Source of the DNA: Polyangia bacterium | Lineage (GTDB): Bacteria > Myxococcota_A > Polyangia > HGW-17 > JAJRWW01 | NCBI GenBank assembly: GCA_034004785.1 | Contig: JAVEWA010000001.1 | Coordinates: forward strand, 1 to 51,433 | DNA: 51,433 nt | Direction of reading: 5' to 3' | Part shown: piece by piece, positions 16,149-23,460 of the stretch | Layout: every line of letters begins with the position of its first letter | How positions within the stretch are numbered: position 1 is the first letter of the stretch | Program-made: the position numbers and the translations under genes | The notes under the pieces: generated by a model | Database searches by the model: none | The model's input: only the letters and a program-made list of their open reading frames with translations | What the model was told of the DNA's origin: nothing

Positions 16149-17636
16149 CTAGCCCACCGTGAGCTGGGCCTTTGCGGTGGTGGCCTGGGCCACCCGAGGG
16201 GAGTGGGCCCCGCAAGAGTCCGAGGCCTCCAGATCGGCCGAGTCCATCGGGTAGAAGCCCATCTCCTGGAGCACTCTCAGCTTGGGCCGGATGTTCCCCT
16301 CCACGTCGAAGTGGAAGAAGCCGGGGAAGAGATCCGGGTGCTCGGTCACGAAGTCGTAGATCGTCGCGTACTCGGGGGAGATTTCCACCCGGGCGGCGCG
16401 GCAGACCTCGTGGCCCGTCAGGATGTACTCGGGGAAGAGGTCCGGACAGAACTCGAGGGCCTTGCCAGCCTCGGCGTACTCCGAGAAGATGTCGGTCTGG
16501 GGCAGGAAACAGAGCATGGAGGGGAGCACGCGGGCGCCCAGCATGCGGAAGGAGATCATCTGGAAGACGCTCTGGTAGAAGTCGTCCATGGTCTCGAAGG
16601 GGAAGCCCCAGACGTAGAAGGCGTCCACCCGGTCGAAGATGCCCACTGCGGAGCTGACGATCTCCACTGCCTGCTCCGGGAGGAAGCCCTTGCGGGTCTT
16701 TTCGAGCACCGAGGGCGAGGCGGACTCGATGCCGAAGCGGAGCTCGATGCAGCCGGACTGGGCCATGCGCCGCATCATCTCGGGCTCGGCCAGGTTCACC
16801 CGCCCGAAGGCCTTCCATTCCACGCCGAGCCGGGAGGATTCGAGAGCGCCGCAGAAAGCGGTGACCTGGGCGGGCGTGCACACGAAGAACTCGTCCTGGA
16901 AGAGGAAGAGATCCACACCGGCCCTGCGCTTCAGCTCGGCCATCTCGTCGAGAATGTTGGCGCTCGAGCGGTGAAAGGCCTTCCGGCCCCAGATCGGCGC
17001 CACCGAGCAGAAGGTGCAAGGGTAGGGGCAGCCCCTGGAGGTCATGACCCCGTAACCCTCGTACTTGGACAGGTCCACCCGGTGCCAGGCCGGGAAGGGC
17101 ACCTCGTCCAGGTTCGCGATGCGGGGCGCGGGCGGGTTGCGCTGGACGACGCCGTCCGGCCTGCGCCACACGAGGTTCGGCACCTGTGCAAAGCCAGCGC
17201 CTGTCTTGTGGGCCTTGACGAGGGGCACGATCATGCGCTCTCCCTCGCCCACGCTTACAGCGTCGATCCAGGGGAAGCGGGTGAGGATCTGCTCCTCCAC
17301 CCAGGCCGGCCCAACTCCCCCGAGCACCACGGTCTTCTCCGGGTGGCGTCGCTTGAGCTCGCCCGAGGCGAGGATGGCGAAGGGGAGCAGGTTCGCCATG
17401 CAGGAGATGCCCACGAGATCCGCGCTCCCTTCCAGGAAGTCGCAGATGCTCTCGGGCTGGAAGGGGTCGTCGTAGGTGCTTCGCTGGTAGTCTCGCAGAT
17501 CCACCTTCAGCCCGGCGTCCTCCAGCACCCTGGTGAGGTAGAGCACCCCGAGGGGCACGTGGTACTCCCGCTCCACCTGGTCGTAGTAGCGCACGTAGAG
17601 CATGTTCAGGTTTAGCAGGGTGATGTCGTCGGCCAT
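16149..17636 (-). CDS. B12-binding-domain (class B) radical SAM enzyme
   Basis: The radical SAM cluster motif is GCPYPCTFCS (CxxxCxxC). The N-terminal Rossmann-like cobalamin-binding-type domain is …PLGVLYLTRVLEDAGLKVDLRDY…DLVGISCMANLLPFAI…VVLGGVGPAW…. A GGAGG RBS lies 5-9 nt before ATG 17636. Confidence 0.9.
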   Translation of the reverse strand: MADDITLLNLNMLYVRYYDQVEREYHVPLGVLYLTRVLEDAGLKVDLRDYQRSTYDDPFQPESICDFLEGSADLVGISCMANLLPFAILASGELKRRHPEKTVVLGGVGPAWVEEQILTRFPWIDAVSVGEGERMIVPLVKAHKTGAGFAQVPNLVWRRPDGVVQRNPPAPRIANLDEVPFPAWHRVDLSKYEGYGVMTSRGCPYPCTFCSVAPIWGRKAFHRSSANILDEMAELKRRAGVDLFLFQDEFFVCTPAQVTAFCGALESSRLGVEWKAFGRVNLAEPEMMRRMAQSGCIELRFGIESASPSVLEKTRKGFLPEQAVEIVSSAVGIFDRVDAFYVWGFPFETMDDFYQSVFQMISFRMLGARVLPSMLCFLPQTDIFSEYAEAGKALEFCPDLFPEYILTGHEVCRAARVEISPEYATIYDFVTEHPDLFPGFFHFDVEGNIRPKLRVLQEMGFYPMDSADLEASDSCGAHSPRVAQATTAKAQLTVG

Positions 17637-17666
17637 GGGTCCTCCGGCAGGGGGTGCAGCTCGGGA

Positions 17667-17675
17667 ATTATAGCA
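17667..17675 (-). promoter_or_regulatory. Candidate extended -10 promoter element (TGCTATAAT on the minus strand) for the radical SAM/paralog operon
   Basis: The minus strand reads …ctGCTATAATtcccgagctgcaccccctgccGGAGGacccATG. It has a perfect TATAAT with an upstream TGn, 31-39 nt before the radical SAM ATG. I found no good -35 element. Confidence 0.4.
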
Positions 17676-17754
17676 GAATACGCGCGAGCCACGGAGCCGG
17701 TCTTCGGATCCGGGCAGCGCTGCCGCGCTGGCCGAGCTTGCGGCCGAGGCGCGG

Positions 17755-17819
17755 GGTTCCCTTTCAGGGTTCCCTTTCAGGGTTCCTTTTCAGGGTTCCT
17801 TTTCAGGGTTCCCTTTCAG
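17755..17819. repeat. Tandem repeat, 13 bp x 5 (GGTTCC(C/T)TTTCAG), spanning the stop codon of the SagB-like gene and the spacer upstream of the radical SAM promoter
   Basis: Units lie at 17755-17767, 17768-17780, 17781-17793, 17794-17806 and 17807-17819, followed by a partial ggt. Units 3 and 4 differ by C->T. The junctions create CCCTttcAGGG and AGGGaaCCCT inverted repeats. The period is not a multiple of 3. Confidence 0.9.
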
Positions 17820-18447
17820 GGTAGGCTGGCAGGGTAGTGAGGCGCGGATCCTCGATGGCCCGGCCCACGGTGAAGCAGTAGAGGCACTGCCAGGCAGTCC
17901 CCCAAAGGCCGAGGACCCGGTGGACCTCGGCATCCAGGAAGCAGCCGATCCCCGTGCCCCTCATGGCAGCGGCCTCGGCCTCCAGGTACAGGACCTGGCC
18001 AAGGGCGCCCGCCTCCCAGTGAATCGCCCGGTAGAACCAGGGCCCCTCGGCCTCCAGGCGAGGCCCGAGCTCGGCGAGGAAGGCCACGGCGAAGGCGCCA
18101 TCCGAGGCGATCTCCTGCTGTCCGAGGAGGCCCATCGAGAGAGCCCTGAGATCGCCAGCCTCCAGGAGGAACAGGGGGAGGTGAGGCGGGGCGCAGGCAG
18201 GGCTATTCGAGGGGTCCCAGGCTCCATCGAGGCCCATGGTCTGGCGCTGCGCTCGGGCATCCAGGAGATCTCCTGGGACAGGGGCCAGGTCTAGAAGCGC
18301 CATCTGGGCAGTGGGGTAGCTCCTGAAGGGCTCTGGCTCGCTTGCCCAGTCGAGATGAGCCCTCGCGCGGGCCGGGCGTCCGAGGAGGTGCCTGGTGCGC
18401 TCGTGGTAGTCGAGCACCTCTGACAGGGGATCCTGCGAAAAGGTCAT
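17803..18447 (-). CDS. SagB-type dehydrogenase / nitroreductase-superfamily protein (short form)
   Basis: ATG 18447 gives MTFSQDPLSEVLDYHERTRHLLGRP…LDWASEPEPFRSYP…, the YHExT(K/R)H start typical of SagB/ThcOx-like proteins as I remember them. The C-terminal nitroreductase-like segment is HWEAGALGQVLYLEAEAAAMRGTGIGCFLDAEVHRVLGL…YCFTVG. The longest ORF (TTG 18531) would overlap the divergent TPR gene. Confidence 0.65.
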   Translation of the reverse strand: MTFSQDPLSEVLDYHERTRHLLGRPARARAHLDWASEPEPFRSYPTAQMALLDLAPVPGDLLDARAQRQTMGLDGAWDPSNSPACAPPHLPLFLLEAGDLRALSMGLLGQQEIASDGAFAVAFLAELGPRLEAEGPWFYRAIHWEAGALGQVLYLEAEAAAMRGTGIGCFLDAEVHRVLGLWGTAWQCLYCFTVGRAIEDPRLTTLPAYPEREP

Positions 18448-18523
18448 GGGGCGAGCATGACCTGTCGCGCCGAGGGGTGCAATCAGGGTAAACTCCGCCC
18501 AAGGGATGTGAGGGAGCAGGCAT

Positions 18524-19999
18524 ATGCTCAACCGGGATCAGATCATCGCGGCCGCCAGGCGCCTCGCCAGGGAAGGGAACTTCACCGCGGCTATCCGGCG
18601 CTACGAGAAGCTGGTGGAGGAAGACCCGAGTGACCTCGGGGCCCTGCTCAAGATAGGGTATCTGCACGCCTGCAATCGGGACCGGGAGGCGGCCGCGGAG
18701 GCCTACCTCGAGGCCGCCCACGCCTACGAGCAGGCCGGCGACAAGCAGACGGCGGCCAAGGTTCTCACTCAGGTGCTGCGGCTCCAACCCGAGCAGGTGG
18801 ACGTCTACTTCTGGCTGGCTGAGCTGCTGGGTGGGCTCGGACAGCTCGCCGAGGGGAGGCGCTGGCTGGAGGCCGCGGAGCGGCTGCTCATCGCGAAGAA
18901 GAGGCCCAAGGATGCTCTTCGGGTGCTGGAGGCCATGCTGCGCCTGGATCCTGGGAACGTGGCGCTCCTGATCAGGCTGGGCGAGGCGCGGATTCACGCC
19001 GGGAAGAAGGAGGAGGCGCTCGAGGCTCTTCGACAGGCGGCGGACATCCTGCGAATGGCGGAGTGGATGGACGACTTCGTCAAGGTGGCCGAGCGGATCG
19101 CGTACCTGGATCAGTCGGATCTCTCCATCGCCAAGGAGCTGTCGGCGCTCTATCTGAGGCGGAAAGACCCGCAGGCGGCTCTTCGCAAGCTCCAGCGGTG
19201 CTACAGGTCCAACAAGGACGACCCTGCGACCCTGGGACTCCTCGTGGAGGCCTTTGTCGCCCTTGGAGAGAAAAGAAAGGCCGTGACGATCCTGGAGGCC
19301 CTCGTCGAGCTGCACCGCCAGCGGGGAGAGGCGGAGGCAGAGGAGGCGGCAGCGAAGCGCATCCTCGGCCTGGACCCGGCCCGCTCTTCGAAGCGAAAGA
19401 AGGCTCAGCAAGGCGCCAGGATCGAGAGGTCCACTGGTGAGCTGCTCCCCCAGGCTCGCGACAGCGAGGAGATCCCTCGACCGCTCAACACAGACGAGCA
19501 CCAGTTGGCCACCTTGGAGCGTTCCCTGCAACCAGACCCGAGGAGCTCGAGCGCCAGTCGCCGGTTCCTACCGGCCCTCACCGCCCAGACCGAGGAGAGA
19601 ATTGGGAGAAAGACGAGCGGCACCACGGAGCTCGACCTCGCTGACCTGGAGGAGGTTTCCGGGTGGGAGAGAGAACCGATCTGGCAGGAGGAGGTCACTG
19701 CACAGGAGGTCGCGAAGAGCCGTGCCGACGAGAGTCCACCTGTGGCAATCGGCAAGAAGCTCTCGGCTGGGCCCGTCCTGACCCAAGAGTTGGATATAGG
19801 CGATGTGGAGATTGAGGGCGACGATTCCGAAGGGATCGAGCAAGGCAGCGACGAGGCAGAGCTCGATGCCTTGGGAGCGCTGATCGACGAGGAGACCGAG
19901 CGTCGGCGTCCCTTCAGACCGGTGACCACTCTCCCCGATGCCTCCTTGCCCCCGACCTCTGGGAAGGGGAGCTCCCCGCAGAGGAGACCGCGCCGTTAG
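18524..19999 (+). CDS. TPR-repeat protein with an acidic, disordered C-terminal half; N-terminal ~290 aa are paralogous to the 34778..37693 protein
   Basis: The sequence MLNRDQIIAAARRLAREGNFTAAIRRYEKLVEEDPSDLGALLKIGYLH…VLRLQPEQVDVYFWLAELL… aligns colinearly with MAINKNKVIAAAQKFVQKGQLDKAIREYLRVVEEEPGDVRTWLKIGDLQ…VLRLQPEFVEVHFKLAALN…. Confidence 0.85.
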   Translation: MLNRDQIIAAARRLAREGNFTAAIRRYEKLVEEDPSDLGALLKIGYLHACNRDREAAAEAYLEAAHAYEQAGDKQTAAKVLTQVLRLQPEQVDVYFWLAELLGGLGQLAEGRRWLEAAERLLIAKKRPKDALRVLEAMLRLDPGNVALLIRLGEARIHAGKKEEALEALRQAADILRMAEWMDDFVKVAERIAYLDQSDLSIAKELSALYLRRKDPQAALRKLQRCYRSNKDDPATLGLLVEAFVALGEKRKAVTILEALVELHRQRGEAEAEEAAAKRILGLDPARSSKRKKAQQGARIERSTGELLPQARDSEEIPRPLNTDEHQLATLERSLQPDPRSSSASRRFLPALTAQTEERIGRKTSGTTELDLADLEEVSGWEREPIWQEEVTAQEVAKSRADESPPVAIGKKLSAGPVLTQELDIGDVEIEGDDSEGIEQGSDEAELDALGALIDEETERRRPFRPVTTLPDASLPPTSGKGSSPQRRPRR

Positions 20000-20202
20000 A
20001 CGGGCCAGATCCAGCTCTGTTTTCCGAAGGACTTTTTTCGAGCTTCGTTGTCCGAAGGATCCAGATGCCGTATGATTCCAGTCCGTGAGGAGCTCCCCGA
20101 CGCCTCTCCAGGCTGAGAGGAGCCAGACGAGCATGGGCGCTGCGGTGATGATGCCGGGCCGAGGGGCCCTGTCGCCGCTCCCAGGAAGGGAAGCAGCCAG
20201 AG

Positions 20203-21432
20203 ATGAACCACGACATCGTGGAGCACCGGAACATGGCGTCGGAGATCCTCTCCTTCATCGAGGAGCTGAATCACCTGCAGCATGTGGACACCATCCTAGA
20301 CCGGATCCTGCTGAAAGCCCGTCAGCTCACCCACGCCGACGCTGGCTCCATCTTCCTCATGGAAGATGGTGACCTGCGTTTCAGCTACGTGCACAACGAC
20401 ACGCTCTACAAGGCCGACGCTCCAACCGCGGCCACCTACGCGGACTTCCGCGTACCCATCGACGAGTCCTCCATCGTGGGCTTCGCGGCCAAGACCCGGC
20501 GCACCCTCGCCATCGACGATGCCTATGCTCTCGTGCCGGATAGGCCCTACCAGTTCAATCCATCCTACGATGAGAAGATGGGATACAGGACAACCTCCAT
20601 CTTGACCATCCCTCTCGTAACCATGAGCGACAAGCTGGTGGGCGTGATGCAGATCATCAACGCCAAGGACGACCGCGGGCAGTCGGTGCCATTCTCGAGC
20701 GAATCCCAGGCCTATCTGCCGCTTCTCGCCAACAACGCGGCGGTGGCGATCGAGCGCGGCATCATGAACCGGGAGCTGGTGCTCCGCATGATGAAGATGG
20801 CGGAGCTGCGAGACCCCACGGAGACTGGCGCCCACGTGCAGAGGGTGGGAACCTACTCTGCGGAGATTTACCGGCGCTGGGCCATGAGCCGCGGGGTGGA
20901 GCACAAGGAGCTCGCTCGCACCGCAGACCACCTGCGGCTCGCAGCGATGCTCCACGACGTGGGCAAGGTCGGCATCTCAGACTTCATCCTCAAGAAGCCC
21001 GGGAGGCTCACCGACGAGGAGTTCTCCACAATGAAGTGGCACACCGTCTTCGGGGCGCGGCTCTTCGTGAACCCGACCTCGGTGCTGGACGAGATGTGCT
21101 ACGACATCTCCCTCGGGCATCACGAGAAGTGGGCAGCGCCGGGCTACCCCGGCCAGGTGAAGAACATCCTGTCGGACGAGGCGCGCATGGGCGAGCCCAT
21201 CCTGGGCGAGGCAATTCCTCTCTCGGCCCGGATAGTGGCCCTCGCGGACGTCTACGATGCCCTGTCGTCCAGGCGCTCCTACAAGGACCCCTGGCCCGAA
21301 GAGCGGGTGCTCGGAGAGATAAGGAAGGACAGTGGCACCCACTTCGATCCCTCGGTCGTGGAGGCCTTCCTGCAGATCCACGAGGTCATCCTGGCCATCC
21401 GGGCTAGGTATCGCGAGGCGGTCAAGGATTAG
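20203..21432 (+). CDS. GAF-domain / HD-GYP-domain protein (probable c-di-GMP phosphodiesterase)
   Basis: The N-terminal region is GAF-like (…ARQLTHADAGSIFLMEDGDLRFSYVHND…MQIINAKDD…). The HD-GYP core includes LAAMLHDVGKVGISDFILKKPGRLTDEEFSTMKWHTVFG and HHEKWAAPGYPG. Confidence 0.9.
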   Translation: MNHDIVEHRNMASEILSFIEELNHLQHVDTILDRILLKARQLTHADAGSIFLMEDGDLRFSYVHNDTLYKADAPTAATYADFRVPIDESSIVGFAAKTRRTLAIDDAYALVPDRPYQFNPSYDEKMGYRTTSILTIPLVTMSDKLVGVMQIINAKDDRGQSVPFSSESQAYLPLLANNAAVAIERGIMNRELVLRMMKMAELRDPTETGAHVQRVGTYSAEIYRRWAMSRGVEHKELARTADHLRLAAMLHDVGKVGISDFILKKPGRLTDEEFSTMKWHTVFGARLFVNPTSVLDEMCYDISLGHHEKWAAPGYPGQVKNILSDEARMGEPILGEAIPLSARIVALADVYDALSSRRSYKDPWPEERVLGEIRKDSGTHFDPSVVEAFLQIHEVILAIRARYREAVKD

Positions 21433-23209
21433 CGGGCTGGCCCCTTCCCTGGGGCCTCCCCATGGAGAAGATGGTCCCCAAAAAGGCTCTGGGTCCCACG
21501 GTAGCCAACGCCAGGAGGTAGGAGAGCCCCACGGCGCCGAGGCTCAGCCAATGTAGGAGGGGAGCTGCTTCTGGCCGAGCGAGGTTGGCGATCGGCGCTT
21601 TTACCCCGTCGAAGGCGAGGTTGATTGCCAGCCCCAGCGCCACGGTGACGATCAGGACGAAGGCGCCGAAGAGGAGCGCAATGCGCCTGCCGTGCAGATT
21701 CGACAGCACCCCGAAGGTGGTCACGTTGGTAGCAGGCCCTGACAGCAGGAAGGCGATGGCCGCCCCTGGCGAGACCCCGACGAGCAGGAAGGCCGCTCCA
21801 AGTGGGGTGGCGGCCGAGGCGCAGACGTATACCGGGACCCCGAGCAGGGCGAAGAACACCACGTCCAGGCCTCTTGGCAGGAAGCCGACCGCGGCGCCGA
21901 GGGACCCGGGGTCCAGGGCCGCCGCGATGACCAGGCCGAGGACGAGCCAGGGGGCCGTGTCCCGCACCACGTCCAAGAAACCGTAGCGCAGGGCCGCAAG
22001 GAGCCTCTTCCCATGTCCGCGGCCTCGCGAGGGGCCATCGGGGATCGCCATTGCGAAGGACGAGGGTCTGGGGCCGACCCTTCTGCCGATGAGCCAGCCC
22101 GCCAAGAAGGCCACGAGGGCGGCCGCTGCCAGGCGAGCCAGGGTGAGCTCGCCTCCGAGCAGGCTCCAGGAGAGGAGCGCCGACTCCACGCCGATCTCGG
22201 GAGTTGCCACGAGGAACGCCATGGCCGCAGTCGTTGGTACGCCCCGCTCGACGAGGCTCTGGTAGATGGGGACTACACCGCAGGAGCAGATGGGGAGGGG
22301 AATGCCAAAGGCCATGCCGCGAGCGGCCTGCGTTGGCGCGCTCCCCCGGCCTAGCCACGCGAGCGGAGCCTCGGGCAGGAAGGTCTTGATGATCCCCGCC
22401 AGGGCATAGCCGAGCAGAAGCGCCGGGGCGCTCTCGAGGGCCAGGCTGAGCAGACGCTGGGCATAGGGGCTCGCCTCGAAGTCGTGGCCTGTCAGGAAAC
22501 CGGGCAGGAGCACGATCGCCAGGCCGAGGACGGCGCCTAGGGTCTCGGCAAGACGGTAAGGAGCCGCGGGCCGGACATCGCTCAGCCGGTGGACCAGTAC
22601 GTGGACCAGGGATCCTGCGACAAAAGCCTGGAATATCGCGGCGCCTGCGCTTCCGAGAGGTGCGGAGAGAGGAACCGCCAAGAAGAAACCCACCATGGTG
22701 GCCATGCCGTTGGTGAGCAGCAGGGCGCCAGCAGCCGCGAGTCCCGCCCTTGGCCGTACGAGCCACCAGAGCGCCACTCCTACGGGGAGCCTGTGCAGGA
22801 TCACGGCCTGGGCAAGATGGTCTTCTCCATGCCCGTGACCATGAGCGCCGGCGAGCACCATCCCGTCCACCGCCGCGTGGATGGCGAGACCGGTCATGGC
22901 GATCCAGATCACCATGCGGTGAGTATTCTCATGTGATCTTCCGGACAAGCGCTCCAGGGCGATCGGAGCGGCAAGGCCAAAGAGAGCTGCCAGTGCCGCT
23001 GACCAGCCTGCGATGCTGATAGCCTCGGGCAGGATGTGCATGCCGACGAGGAGCCCCACCGACACGAGCACCAGACCATCCAGGCCCTCCAGGACCCAGC
23101 GCCGCCTCAGGGCGAGTAGGTACACCAGGGGTCCCATTCCCAGCAGCACGAGGGAGAGCCCAAGGAGCCAGAGTCTCCCTGTGGCGGCGAGGGGGAAGAT
23201 GGGGGGCAT
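21422..23209 (-). CDS. Fusion membrane protein: ZIP-like His-rich N-terminal half plus UPF0718/ArsP-type permease C-terminal half
   Basis: The N-terminal half has MHILPEAI, AIHAAVDGMVLAGAHGHGHGEDH and ILHRLPVGVA, which are ZIP-like HxxxDG / HxxPxG helices with a His tract. The C-terminal half has MAFGIPLPICSCGVVPIYQSLVERGVPTTAAMAFLVATPEIG, the LPxCSCG motif I associate with PF03773-type permeases. It overlaps the convergent HD-GYP gene end by 11 nt. Confidence 0.75.
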   Translation of the reverse strand: MPPIFPLAATGRLWLLGLSLVLLGMGPLVYLLALRRRWVLEGLDGLVLVSVGLLVGMHILPEAISIAGWSAALAALFGLAAPIALERLSGRSHENTHRMVIWIAMTGLAIHAAVDGMVLAGAHGHGHGEDHLAQAVILHRLPVGVALWWLVRPRAGLAAAGALLLTNGMATMVGFFLAVPLSAPLGSAGAAIFQAFVAGSLVHVLVHRLSDVRPAAPYRLAETLGAVLGLAIVLLPGFLTGHDFEASPYAQRLLSLALESAPALLLGYALAGIIKTFLPEAPLAWLGRGSAPTQAARGMAFGIPLPICSCGVVPIYQSLVERGVPTTAAMAFLVATPEIGVESALLSWSLLGGELTLARLAAAALVAFLAGWLIGRRVGPRPSSFAMAIPDGPSRGRGHGKRLLAALRYGFLDVVRDTAPWLVLGLVIAAALDPGSLGAAVGFLPRGLDVVFFALLGVPVYVCASAATPLGAAFLLVGVSPGAAIAFLLSGPATNVTTFGVLSNLHGRRIALLFGAFVLIVTVALGLAINLAFDGVKAPIANLARPEAAPLLHWLSLGAVGLSYLLALATVGPRAFLGTIFSMGRPQGRGQPANP

Positions 23210-23401
23210 GAAGCGCTACGTCCCAGGCAGCTTGAGGTGTATTCCCTTGGGGGAGGAGGGGCATAGCATGGGCCAGGCCCCTGGGCAACGGGTTCATCTC
23301 ACCATCGGGGAGCGGGGCGTGACTCTGCCATGGGAGGGAGTCTGTGGGCGTGGGGTCCGTGGTCTTGGGTTGGCCCAGGGATCTTCTTACCCCATGGTAA
23401 T

Positions 23402-23430
23402 TTGTCCCCTTTCATACCTGCGGGTATACT
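23402..23430 (+). promoter_or_regulatory. Candidate sigma70-type promoter (TTGTCC-17 nt-TATACT) upstream of the response-regulator gene
   Basis: The sequence is ttgtcc ccttt catacctgcggg tatact, with the -10 element ending 31 nt before the TTG 23461 start. Confidence 0.35.
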
Positions 23431-23460
23431 TGTGCGCAGTATCTATCCGGAGTCTGTCGC

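Noticed and set aside
16108-17169. N-terminal 354 aa of the 574-aa ORF 15445..17169
   Set aside because: It overlaps the radical SAM gene in another frame and is Arg/Gly/Pro-rich. Similarity to paralogs P1 and P2 begins only at the internal ATG 16107, which I use as the start.
15531-17615. 694-aa plus-strand ORF
   Set aside because: It is antisense to paralog P3 and the radical SAM gene, with low-complexity Gly/Arg/Glu/His composition and no motifs.
18203-19531. 442-aa minus-strand ORF
   Set aside because: It is antisense to the TPR gene 18524..19999, which has a paralog at 34778. The translation is Leu/Arg/Pro/Gly-rich without motifs.
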